Shown here in pieces: positions 35,673-47,000 of a stretch of 61,992 nt of DNA (within the stretch, counting starts at the first letter, position 1; every line of letters starts with the position of its first letter). Position numbers and translations under genes: made by a program. Source of the DNA: a virus. The stretch spans positions 1 through 61,992 of the IMG/VR virus record IMGVR_UViG_3300045988_165080; one strand, 5' to 3'. The notes below the pieces were generated by a model, which worked only from the letters and a program-made list of their open reading frames with translations, made no database searches and was not told the DNA's origin.

Positions 35673-36118
35673 CAATTAACTTAAATGATATTGAAAAAAG
35701 AACTGTTACAGATAAATTAATAGACTTTTTTTTATCTTGCCCTTTAATTAATGAAAAATCACCTATTTCAGCTGATTACATAGGAGATGAGATACAAACC
35801 TATTCAATTGACGGGTCGCCTTCTGAAACTATCATAAAAACTTATATTGATGGTTCTACAGAAAGACAATTAATATTTGATTTCACTAGTAGAGAAAGTG
35901 TCGAAGCATACAATAACGAGAAAAATATTAGCTTTTATGAAAAATTAGCTGAATGGGTTGAAATACAAAACATTCAAGGAAATTTACCTCAATTAAACTA
36001 CCCGCTTATTCCTGAAAAAATTGAAGTTTTAACTCATGGATATGTTGAACAAATGAGTGCTAATAAAGCAATTTATGTTATTCAAATGAAATTTATTTAT
36101 ACAAAAATGGCTGAATAG
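35669..36118 (+). CDS. Tail completion / minor capsid protein
   Basis: Called from position before the major tail gene. Confidence 0.4.
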   Translation: MTINLNDIEKRTVTDKLIDFFLSCPLINEKSPISADYIGDEIQTYSIDGSPSETIIKTYIDGSTERQLIFDFTSRESVEAYNNEKNISFYEKLAEWVEIQNIQGNLPQLNYPLIPEKIEVLTHGYVEQMSANKAIYVIQMKFIYTKMAE

Positions 36119-36137
36119 CCTAAAAGGAGGGATTATA

Positions 36138-36662
36138 ATGGCTTTAAAAAGAAAAGATTTTGCTGATTATTTAAATGTAAGTAAAACACAAGAAGCATCA
36201 TATGTATTATTAGGCTATGGTGTTGAAAGTTTAGACGAAGAACCAGGTGCTCAAACTGATACAACTTGTTATATTAATGATGAAACTTCTTCTACAACTA
36301 TAACTAAGTATGAAACTCAATTCCCTTATACTTCTGAAATTATAATAGAACAAGAAGCAATAAAAAGTTTATACTTAACTGGCAGAAACCATGAAACTGG
36401 AACAGATGCAGAAAGGGATTATGTTCGTGTAGATATGTTTGACCCTGTTTCAGATAGTGCTGGAACTTACAATGCAAGAAAATTTAGAATTTCAAATGAA
36501 GTTTCGACTTTTAGTGGAGAAGGTGGAGAAAAAATGAAAGTAGAAGGTACTTTACATGCAATAGGAGATCCTATTCAAGGAACTTTTAATGTAACTACCA
36601 AAACATTTACACCAACCACTACACAAACTTCTAATACACAACAAAACCAAGCTACTGAATAA
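36138..36662 (+). CDS. Major tail protein
   Basis: 174 aa with RBS aaaggaggg. Precedes the chaperone and tape-measure genes. Confidence 0.6.
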   Translation: MALKRKDFADYLNVSKTQEASYVLLGYGVESLDEEPGAQTDTTCYINDETSSTTITKYETQFPYTSEIIIEQEAIKSLYLTGRNHETGTDAERDYVRVDMFDPVSDSAGTYNARKFRISNEVSTFSGEGGEKMKVEGTLHAIGDPIQGTFNVTTKTFTPTTTQTSNTQQNQATE

Positions 36663-36683
36663 TAAAAAATAGGAGGTTAAAAT

Positions 36684-37085
36684 ATGAATTTTAAAATAAA
36701 TGGTGTTGAAGTAGAGTTTGATTTTTTTGATATGGATGAAAAGGAAGATTTTGATGCAATATTTTTAACAGCTAATGAAAAAATACAAAAATTAAGTAAT
36801 GAGCATAAAGATTTTGATACAAAGTTTGGAAAAGCATATTGTGAAGTAATAGTTAATATGTTCGAAGATTTATTTGGTGAAGAAAAAACTTATGAAATTT
36901 TCCAAGGAAAAACAAATATAATGAAATGTACAACGGCAGTAAAAGATTTAGCTAAGGCTAAATTAGAACATGATAAATTATTCCAAGAAACTTTAAAAGA
37001 AATTACTGGATTAGATATTGATGTATTTGGTGAAAAACCATTAAATAGAGAGCAACGTAGAGCTAGAAAAAAATATAATCAATGA
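36684..37085 (+). CDS. Tail assembly chaperone
   Basis: Acidic 133-aa protein between the major tail and tape-measure genes. Confidence 0.5.
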   Translation: MNFKINGVEVEFDFFDMDEKEDFDAIFLTANEKIQKLSNEHKDFDTKFGKAYCEVIVNMFEDLFGEEKTYEIFQGKTNIMKCTTAVKDLAKAKLEHDKLFQETLKEITGLDIDVFGEKPLNREQRRARKKYNQ

Positions 37086-37717
37086 ACTTAAATATTTTAA
37101 CCGATTATTTACCTACAACAATAGAAGTTCAAGGAGTGCGATATCCAATTAACTGGGATTTTCGCACTTCTATTCTATTTGAACAGTTAATGATGGATGA
37201 CAATGTTGATGAAGAAAAAAAACCATGGGAGGCTCTTAATCTCTATTTTGGATATGAAATTGAAACAATTAAATGTATTAATACAAGTAACATGAATGAA
37301 TTTACAAAACAAATGCTACTTTTTTATAGATGTGGTAAAGAAATAGAAACTTCTCAAGATAACGGAGAAAACAACTCAGAAACTCAAAAAATATATGATT
37401 ATGAATACGATAGTTCATATATTTATGCTGCATTTTTACAAATTTACAGAATAGACCTTCAAGATATTGAAGATTTACATTGGTGGAAGTTTAAAGCTTT
37501 ATTTAATTCTTTAACAGATGATTGTAAATTCATGAAAATACTAGGATATAGAAATGTTGATTTATCTAAAATCAAAGATAAAGAAAGAAAAAATTTCTAC
37601 AAACAGATGAAAAAAATATATGCTTTACCAGGTTCGATTAAAGAAAAAGAAAAACAAGCTTTAATAAACGAAATGTTGATGAGAGGTGAAGATCCTAGAG
37701 AATTATTAAGACAATAA
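37082..37717 (+). CDS. Phage Gp15-family protein
   Basis: LPTTIEVQGVRYPINWDFRTSILFEQLMMDD. ATGA start/stop overlap with the preceding gene. Confidence 0.5.
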   Translation: MNLNILTDYLPTTIEVQGVRYPINWDFRTSILFEQLMMDDNVDEEKKPWEALNLYFGYEIETIKCINTSNMNEFTKQMLLFYRCGKEIETSQDNGENNSETQKIYDYEYDSSYIYAAFLQIYRIDLQDIEDLHWWKFKALFNSLTDDCKFMKILGYRNVDLSKIKDKERKNFYKQMKKIYALPGSIKEKEKQALINEMLMRGEDPRELLRQ

Positions 37718-37756
37718 TTTATTTTCGTACTATAATATATATAGGGGGGATGAATT

Positions 37757-38257
37757 ATGAAAAAGGAATCTCAAATCGATTTAAAAGTTGTTTTTATTAT
37801 TGCAATAATTATTTTTAGTTTAAGCATATTAGTTGTTGTAGCTAAAACATTAGCAAATACAGAAAATGAGAAAGATATACAAAATACTGAACAAATTTAT
37901 ATTTTAAACGATACTGAAACTAAAGAAGTTTTTTCTAAGTATCATAAACTTTACAAAGAAAGTATTGATTTAATAGATGAAGGTATTAGCGGGAAAATAT
38001 CCAAGAAAATTTATAATGAAACAAAAAATTCAGCTGATGATATAAGAAATCTTAATTTGAAAGAAGAATATAAATCAGATCAAAACAATTTAGCATTAAC
38101 TTTTGAATATTTAAATAAGTCAATGCAAGCTTATAATGATTATATTTATTTTCAAGTCAATAGAAGAGATAAATTTGATACGAGTTATAAGCATTGTTTA
38201 GATGATTATAATGATTATCTAAATAAATCACAAGCATATTACAGTTTAATAGATTAA
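37757..38257 (+). CDS. Membrane-anchored protein (moron) between tail chaperones and the tape measure
   Basis: N-terminal TM helix VVFIIAIIIFSLSILVVVA and its own terminator. Confidence 0.5.
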   Translation: MKKESQIDLKVVFIIAIIIFSLSILVVVAKTLANTENEKDIQNTEQIYILNDTETKEVFSKYHKLYKESIDLIDEGISGKISKKIYNETKNSADDIRNLNLKEEYKSDQNNLALTFEYLNKSMQAYNDYIYFQVNRRDKFDTSYKHCLDDYNDYLNKSQAYYSLID

Positions 38258-38261
38258 TTTC

Positions 38262-38288
38262 AAGAACACTTCGGTGTTCTTTTTTTAT
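38262..38288 (+). terminator. Intrinsic terminator
   Basis: Stem aagaacac/gtgttctt with a ttcg loop, followed by a T-run. Confidence 0.75.
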
Positions 38289-38312
38289 GCCTAAAAAAGG
38301 AGGTGAGAGCAA

Positions 38313-41300
38313 ATGGCGGCAGATGGAAAAGTTGTTATAGAAGTTTTACTAGAATGTGATAAAGTAGAAGGCCAATTAAATGAACTTAAAAATGCTTTTG
38401 CGGATTTAGGTAGTGTTGGAAATGTATTTGGCGAAATGAGTTCTCTTGTAAACACATTTTCAAGTACTTTTAGGGCCTTAGAAAAGGTGGTAGGTCCAGT
38501 AGCGGCTGGTGTTGTCGCATCTATAACTACAATAGTAACTGCTTTTACAAAGTTATATGATGCAAGTAAGAAAAACTTCTTTGAAAATTTACAAAATATA
38601 TCCGAAAAACTCCAGCCAATTGTAAGCATTGTTCAAAATGCTACAAGTACAATTTTAAATTGTTTTAGTCAAGTCACTGATTTTTCATTTGATTTTAGTT
38701 CGTTAATGGCAGATGCAATTGAATTTGAAAGTTCTATGGCACGAGTGTCAGCTATAATGGGTGTTGTTGGTGACGATATAGGTGTTTTAACTGAAACTAC
38801 AAGACAATACGGAGCAACCACTAGGTACACCAGTGTACAGGTAAGTGAAGCTTTTAGCTATATGGGCATGGCCGGATTTTCATTACAAGAGTCACTCGCG
38901 TCAATCCAAGATGTTTTAAATTTAACTACGATTGGAGCCACAGATCTCAGGCACAGCTAGTGATATTGTCACTGATGGGTTAACTGCACTATCGATGTCA
39001 GCATCTCAAGCCTCTAATTTTGTTGATTATATGGCTGCAGCTATTACTAGAAGTAATACTACTGTGGAATTAATGGGTGAAACAATGAAATACGCAGGTA
39101 GTGTTGCTGGTACTTTAGGCGTATCCATGGATGATTTATCAGTAGCTATAGGCCTTATGTCCAATAGTTCAGTGAAGGGAAGTCGTGCAGGGACTGCATT
39201 AAGAACATTGTTATCAAATTTAAGTGCTCCTACCGATTCAGTGGCAACTGCTATGCAAAAATATGGTATATCTCTTATTACTGCAAAAGATGGTTCTGTA
39301 GACTTGGATAAAACTTTAAGAAATTTAAGAACAAGTTTGAAAGGATTACCTTTAGTAGAACAAGCGGCCGCTTGTAAAAATCTTGCTGGTAAAACTGGTA
39401 TGACAGGTCTTTTGGCTATTGTTAATGCAACTGATGAGGCTTATGATAGTTTAACTGCTAGCGTTCAAAACTCTACTCAAACAGTTTCATACTGGAATCA
39501 AAATTTAGGTGAAATGGGTATTACAGGTAAAGAGTGCAGCGATAGAATAGAAACATTGAAAGAGGTACTTGGTGAAACGGAATATCTAGGTGCAGCTTTT
39601 AATATGACAACTCAAGACATGGCACTTGCATTACAAGTTTTAGGCTCTAATGCAAAAGTAACATCTGATAATGTAGAGGATTTATTTAGTGTTTTAGATG
39701 CCATGAGAAATCCTACAAAATCTCAACAACAACAATTTAAAAAATTAGGACTAACTTATAGAGAAATTAATGATGATGCTTTTGACTATAGCGCTACCTG
39801 TGACATGATAAATGAGAATACTGTAGGTATAGTAGATAATGCTAAAAAATTAAATGGAGTTTTAAGCAAACAAGAAATAATTGATAAATTAAGCCCTAAT
39901 ATGTCTTTAAAAGAGGCAAATGCGGTACTAAAAGAATACGGATTAAATGCCAAAAGTGCAGCAACTGGACAAATAGATTTAATAGCCAATTTAACTCAAT
40001 TAAGAAATAAATTTAAAGGAATGGATGAATCTACTAGAGAAGCAACGTTGAGTAATTTAGGTTTATCTGATTCTTTAGATGAAATAAATGAAATCTGTAA
40101 TTTATCTGATGAACAATTTAAAATGTATTGTGACAATTTAAAATTAGTTACAGGTTTATCAGAAAAAATGGCTGAAGCAATGGATGAAACTACTAAAAAT
40201 AAATTATTAGTATTATCATCTGCTTTACAAGATGTTGCTATTGAAGGGTTTGAAGCATTAAAGCCAGCTATTCAAGGTGCATCTGAAAAATTAGCTAACT
40301 TTTTTAGTATTTGGAGAAGTGGAAATTCAAGTGGCGAAACCGAAAAGGGTCAAGCTTTATATACATTTGATAATTTAAAGAAGGCATTAGATAATTTACT
40401 AAATGATATAAAAAATGCAGATATTACAGGAGCAATACAAACAGCAATTTCTAAAGTAAATACATTTATAACACAAGGTGGATTAAGTAGAGTATTAGAC
40501 ATAGGAAAAGAAATTATACATCAAATTTGCCAAGGTATTATAAATAGTAGAGGCGATATAAGAGAAGGTATTTCAAGCGCAATCAAACAAATCTCTGAAT
40601 TTGTTAGAGATGTAGCCCCAGAAATAGAAGAGGCCGGAAGAGTTATTTTAGATGCTATTAGAGATGGCATAAAAAACAATTCACACAATATTCATGATGC
40701 ATTAGATGCAGTAGCATCCGCTATGAACTCATGGATACAAGGTAGTGAGCAAATAAAATCTTTAACTGGTAATTTTGCCGATATTTTTATTGACAGTTTA
40801 ATTGATAATATTAAATCTAGAGTTACTGGCAGAGCATCAGAACTTTGGAGTGCAGCTACAAGTTGGCTAACAAATTCTACTCCAGACTTTTCTAAGGGTT
40901 TAACGGGATTGTTTTCTTCTACTCCAGACTTTTCTAAAGGGTTGACAGGATTATTTTCTAAAATAGCCGATTGGTTTACTGGTAAATCTTATGCGGCAGA
41001 AACAACAGGCAATGAAAAAGAACTTAGTACAAACAAGAAAAACAGTAAAAATAGCAATAAAATAAACAGTAAACTTTCTAGTATGGATGTTAGTGAAATA
41101 AAAGCTTTACAAACTCAATTAACAGCATTACAAACAACTGCTCAAAATGTTTCTAATTCTATTTCACAAAGTTTTACAAATATGCAAAATACTATGAGAA
41201 CTAGTTTAGTTGGATGTGCCAATATAGCTAGAAATCAGTTTGTAAGTATAACTAATGTTGCAAGAAATCAATGTTTAAATGTGTCTAATATAGTTAGAAA

Positions 41301-42066
41301 TCAATTTGTATCAGTTAGCAATATTATTAAAAATCAAGTAACAAATGCTAGAAATGCTTTAACAACTCAAATGATTTCTATGAAAAATGTAACTAATACA
41401 CAAATTACAGCAGCAAGAAATGCCGTTACAACTCAAATGATTTCTATGAAAAAGGTTATAACAACTCAAAGTAGGGAAGCAAGAAACAACTTTACTAGTC
41501 AAATGATTTCTATGAAGAATGTGGCTAGGACTCAATCTACTCAAATAGGACAAGCAGTTGCTAGTGGTATGGCTACTGGTATTAGAAATGGTACTGCTAG
41601 AGCAGTAAGTGCTGCTAGAAGTCTTGTAAATCAAGTCAATGCTGAAATGAAAAAGACTGCTAAGATAAATTCTCCTTCAAAGATAACTACTAAATACGGT
41701 GAATATTTAGATGAAGGTTTAATTGAAGGTATGAAAAACAAATCTAAAGAATTATATTCAGTTGCTAGAAGTATAACAACAGAAATGAATGAAAATATGA
41801 AAGCAGCCGTTCAAGGTGAAATTGCTTTATTTAATTTAAATGCTAGTAATAATAACGAAAGTAAAATTGTTAATACGACTAATAATAGCTTTAGATTAAA
41901 TGATGAAGATATTCAAAAATTAGCTGATGCTAATGCTCAAAGACCAGTTGCAGTTGAAACAAAAGTAGGTGAAAGTACTCTTGCCAAGACTATAGCTAAA
42001 CCAATTGAAAATTTTAATAAAACTGATACAAAGAGATTAAATAGATTGAAGGGGGTAACAATATAA
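38313..42066 (+). pseudogene. Tail tape measure protein (TP901-type core) split by a +1 frameshift near 38946-38950
   Basis: Frame A ends ...LNLTTIGATDLRHS* at 38960. Frame B continues GTASDIVTDGLTALSMS...MGETMKYAGSVAG to 42066. No RBS precedes the frame B start. Confidence 0.8.
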
Positions 42067-44048
42067 TGTTCAAATTTAATGGCATAGATTTAGAGCTATA
42101 TGTAAAAGTTATAGAAATTAGTAAGCCCATGCTATCGAGAACTAATTATTTTAAAGAAAATCCTTCAAGACACGGAACAAGTTATCAGGGATATAAATAT
42201 AATGATAAAGATATAGAAGTTAAATTTGATATAAGAGGTAATACAGATACAGAAGTCCAAAATTTAGCTGATAGTCTTTGTTCTATTTTCGATGTGGACG
42301 AGCCAAAAGAATTAGTTGTAGATGATAATAAAAGAATATATTTAGCAATTCCAAATGGAGATATTGACCAAGATAAAATTGCAAAGGGTATTAGAAGAAT
42401 AAAAATGTCTTTTAGTTGTCCTATACCTTTTTCACATAATCCTAATGCAAAGCTTTATAACGGTGAAAAAACAATTGATATTATAAATGAAGGAAATGTA
42501 AGTGCTCCTGGTATAGTAAATGTAGCTTTTAATGGTGATGCTACTTATTGCCAAATTGATGGAGATGATGGAAAAGCAGTATTGATTGGTGAATATCCAT
42601 CATTAATGAATACAAAAGTTGAAATATCTTCAGTTGTTGTTGATGAAAATTGTGAAACTACTTCAAGATTTGTGTCTGTAAGTGGTGAAGTTGATGCAAA
42701 TAGAAGTATCACGGGTACTATACAACCAAATGCAAGTGGTAGTAGCTGGTGTATTAAAGCATCTGATTATGGAAGTGGAGAAAAATGGCATGGTCCAGCA
42801 TTGCGTTATAATTTACCTTCAAACGTTACTGATTTTGATTGCAAAATGGAACTATATCATGATTCTTCCGGTAAACTTGAATATAATGAAACTTATTCAA
42901 CTGAAGAAACAGCTCGCTATAAAGTTACTGTATCTACAATTAATATGAGGGCAAGTAGAACAACTAGTTCAGCCGTTCTTACTCAAATGAAAAGAGGTAC
43001 TTATTTAAATATTATACAAGTTGTAGATGGCTGGTTAAACACAACGTATAATGGCAAAACAGGTTGGGTAAAAATATCTGCTGGACTTACTAAAGTAACT
43101 ACTGTAAGTACAACTTATTATACAACTAATGAGTTAAATGTAAGAGCTGGTCGTGGTACAAACTATAGAATTTTAACTGTAATTCCTAAAAATACACCTA
43201 TAATAGTTTATACAAATACTAAATCTGGAAATTGGGTACAAGTAAAATATAATGGGGTAACAGGATATGTCCATACAAATTATATAATTGAGGGAAACAA
43301 AGTACAAATAGATACAGATGAAAAGTTTGAAACTGCAGAAGATAAATTAGGAATAGTTGAAATTTATGGTTATGATCAGGCAGGTAATAAATTATTTAAA
43401 GTTATGTTATGTGATGAAAATGAATATTATGAATCAACGTATCCATTGGTACAAGTTGGAAATGTATATTTTTTACAAGATTTTTCTTTTAGCGTTCCAA
43501 AACCAAAACAAAGTACTACTTCATCTGGTAGCGATGATAATCTAACTGTAACTATAAAAAATCTAAAAAGTGGTAAATACGGAAATTGGAATGAATTTAA
43601 AGGTTATTTTAGAATCGTTAGAGATAAAAATGAATGGTATGCAGAAATTGTGAAATATAACTCAAGTGGAAATATTGAAAGAACTTTACAAAGTAAAAGA
43701 ATTAAAAGTGAAAATTATCCAACAGGTGCCTTAAATCATATCGTAGTTTATTTTGGTAAATATTCAGATAAAGAAGTTGTCGATACGATGACTTTTAATA
43801 GACTACTTATAAAAAAATTAAGTGAAACAACTGAGGAAAATACGGACATTATTAGATTTAAACAAGGGGATGAATTAAAAGTAGATTTTGCAAATAATGA
43901 AGTATTTATAAATAATGTTAAAAGCATGGAAAATGTTAATGTTGGAAGTAAATTTTTCGAGATTCCTCCCGGAACATCAACACTAAAAGTTTCTTCTGAT
44001 GCTAGTATTACGAGTTCGGTTATTTTTAACGAAAGGTGGTTGGATTAG
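42066..44048 (+). CDS. Distal tail protein (Dit-like) with two inserted SH3b-like domains
   Basis: Position after the tape measure. YKVTVSTINMRASRTTSSAVLTQMKRGTYLNIIQVVDGWLNTTYNGKTGWVKIS and YYTTNELNVRAGRGTNYRILTVIPKNTPIIVYTNTKSGNWVQVKYNGVTGYVHTNYI. Confidence 0.65.
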   Translation: MFKFNGIDLELYVKVIEISKPMLSRTNYFKENPSRHGTSYQGYKYNDKDIEVKFDIRGNTDTEVQNLADSLCSIFDVDEPKELVVDDNKRIYLAIPNGDIDQDKIAKGIRRIKMSFSCPIPFSHNPNAKLYNGEKTIDIINEGNVSAPGIVNVAFNGDATYCQIDGDDGKAVLIGEYPSLMNTKVEISSVVVDENCETTSRFVSVSGEVDANRSITGTIQPNASGSSWCIKASDYGSGEKWHGPALRYNLPSNVTDFDCKMELYHDSSGKLEYNETYSTEETARYKVTVSTINMRASRTTSSAVLTQMKRGTYLNIIQVVDGWLNTTYNGKTGWVKISAGLTKVTTVSTTYYTTNELNVRAGRGTNYRILTVIPKNTPIIVYTNTKSGNWVQVKYNGVTGYVHTNYIIEGNKVQIDTDEKFETAEDKLGIVEIYGYDQAGNKLFKVMLCDENEYYESTYPLVQVGNVYFLQDFSFSVPKPKQSTTSSGSDDNLTVTIKNLKSGKYGNWNEFKGYFRIVRDKNEWYAEIVKYNSSGNIERTLQSKRIKSENYPTGALNHIVVYFGKYSDKEVVDTMTFNRLLIKKLSETTEENTDIIRFKQGDELKVDFANNEVFINNVKSMENVNVGSKFFEIPPGTSTLKVSSDASITSSVIFNERWLD

Positions 44049-47000
44049 TGGAAAAACTTGTAACAGAGATTTACATCTTAAATAGAAAAAAGAAAATTAT
44101 AGATGTATTATCAAATAATGGGACTAATCCTTCTAGTCCTTTTTTTGATGACCTTTTTACAATGTATTTAAGTACTGGTGCAGATACATTCGAATTTTCT
44201 ACAATATTTAATGAAAGGACAAGTAATATTGAAAATGGTTATTTTGTTCTTTTTTATTTTAAAAATAATTTTAAACTATTTCAAATAATGAGTTCAAAAA
44301 ATGAGCATACAAATGGAATACTTATAAAATCATGCTATTGTGAAACAGTTGGCCTTGAACTAATAAATAAACCTGTTAGAAAGTCTACTATAAACGGTGA
44401 TGTATCAACGTTTTTTTCATTAGCATTACAAGATTCTAGTTTTGAATTAGGTTATGTAGATCCAACAATCACTGATTTTAAAACTGTAGTTATAGAAAAA
44501 CCAACTCCAATATATACTGTAATTCAAGATAATCTATCAACTTATGATATAGAAATTGAATTTACCGTTGAAATAAAGAACAATAAAGTAAGCAAACAAT
44601 ATGTAAATGTATATAGAAAAAGAGGTAAAAATACTCATGTTAGATTTGAATATTCTACTAATGTAGACAATGTTAAAAAAAGTGAGGATTTAACGGATTT
44701 TTGTTCAGCATTAATAGGCGTTGGTTCAAATGGTATAGATTTTAAAGATATTGAATGGATTAAGAGTAACGGAAATCCGACTGATAAACCTATGAATCAA
44801 GATTTTGTTGTTGATGAAACTGCACATCAATATTTCCATAATGATGATGGTAGTTATATTACAGGTGTTTACGAAAGTAATGCAGATAATTCTGCCGATT
44901 TGTTAGATGAAACATGGAAAGAATTGCAAACTAGAAAACAACCTAAAATTGACTATGAAACAAGTATAGTTTTATTTGATGAAGATATTGATATAGGTGA
45001 TACTGTTTATGTTATAGACCACGAATATACGCCTGATTTATATTTAGAGGCAAGAGTTAGTAAACTAGAATTAAGTTTTACTGATTGGTATAACAAAAGT
45101 AAGTGTACTTTAGCTAATTATAAAGAAGTAAAAAGTAAAATACTTAATTTATCTAATCCAGATGATATTTTTAATGAAATTTTAGATTTTTTAGGTGGAA
45201 TCGGTATAGGAAAATTAACAGACGAAGACCTTGCCAAAATTGAAGATTATCTCTATAAAATGGGTTTAGAAAAAAAAGAAATAGATGAATTATTTAATAA
45301 AATTTATGATATTATAGACCCTCCTCCAAAGCCTCCTACAGGTGATGATACTGAGTATGAACCAATTTATCTAAGTACATATAAAAACGGTGTTTGGGTT
45401 GGAGATGATAGATTTTACGATATAAAATATTCTGAAACAGTATCTAGTGTAGATACAGATAATGACCAATATTCTCAAGCGTTAGCTTTGTATCAACAAT
45501 ATAATATTGGAAAAAATCAAAACAGTTCTTATTTGGATAATGTAATGTCTAGTAGTAATAATTATAAATTATATGTAATGGTTAATTACTATAGTGAAAA
45601 ATTCGGCCTAGACCCTCAATTTGTTTATGCAATAATGATGGGTGAAAGTAGTGGTAATCCTTCTGCTCATGGTCAAAGTGCTGGAAGTGGTTACGGCTTA
45701 TTTGGAATAGAACGTTCTGTATTTTTCAAAGGTTTTAAAGGTACTAGTACGTTAACAATAAAGTATTTAGATGGAAGTACTGAAAGTTTTTATCCTAGTA
45801 CATCAAATATGACTCCTGGATATGGTGGAACTACAGCAATAAATGGTATTACAGTCGATAAAAATATTTCTAATCAAATTAAATTAGGGTGTTATCTAAT
45901 TAGACAAGCAATAGAATACTGTCATGGGAATATGTTTGCTGCTTTAGTATCTTATAACATGGGTATAGGTTCGCTTTATTGGATTATAAGTAAATATGTT
46001 TGTGATACTTATAATTACACATTTGTTGATAGTTATAGTTTAAGTAAACAATCAAATGCAGTTCAAGCTAAAGTATATGAAGAATTAGATAGTTTAAAGT
46101 TTAACTTTGCTGCTTATAGACAAGTTTTAAAAGATACTAAAGGTCTAGGAACTCCAACAAATGTTGAAGGCTATTTGAAGTGGTATAAAATTATAGACGG
46201 TCAATTACCTTATTACAAAGATAAAAACGGAAATAAATTAGGATATGGAGTTGGAAAGTCTACACCTAAATCATCAGCTCAATTAAATGCAACAGATACT
46301 AGAAATAAAATTGTTGAGACTGCTAAAGCTATAGTTAGCCAACATGTGAATCAAAAGATTGCGACATATGACCAAGCATATAGAACTTGGAACTTTAAAA
46401 AGCCAAATAGACGAAGTGGTTACTACTATGGAATTAAAAATCCTATTTGTTATGATTGTAGTTCATTTGTATCATGTTGTTATGGAGAAGCTGGTTTAAC
46501 CAGTGTATTTCATGCAGACTCTACTTGTTCAGGAGGAACTCTTGTAAAATATGCAACTGCAAAACCTGGTTATAAAATGTGGAAGGTTACTACTGCAGGA
46601 CTTAATGAGGCAAAACCTGGAGATATAGTAATGGATGCAAATTTTGCTGTAACATCCAGCAATCTTACCGCCTCATATATGAGCTTATGGGGAAAAACTC
46701 ATCATACTATGATTTATATCGGAGACGGAAAAGTAGCTCATGCTAGTCAATGGGCATATCATCCAAATGCTATAAAGATTTCCAGTATAACTTATTATAT
46801 CAATAAAGGGACTTCTTTCTTTTTAAGACCTTATGATTTAACAGAAGCAGATAATAGAACTGCTACCGAAACACCTTCTGTTGAAGAAACGGACTTTAAT
46901 GAAGTATACATAAAAGCTCTTAGATTAGCAAATGCGTATAATTTTTATGATAGTAATAATAATCTTCTTACAAAAGTTAAAGGTTTTTATAGTGATGATA

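Noticed and set aside
36684-37717. Programmed -1 frameshift (G/GT-type) between the two genes preceding the tape measure
   Set aside because: The second ORF has its own ATG in an ATGA overlap and looks like an independent Gp15-family protein. No slippery heptamer is evident at the junction.
42682-43545. Plus-strand ORFs 42682-42948 and 43357-43545 inside the Dit-like gene
   Set aside because: They are alternative-frame ORFs within a gene whose main frame encodes clear SH3b-like domains. Their composition is low-complexity.
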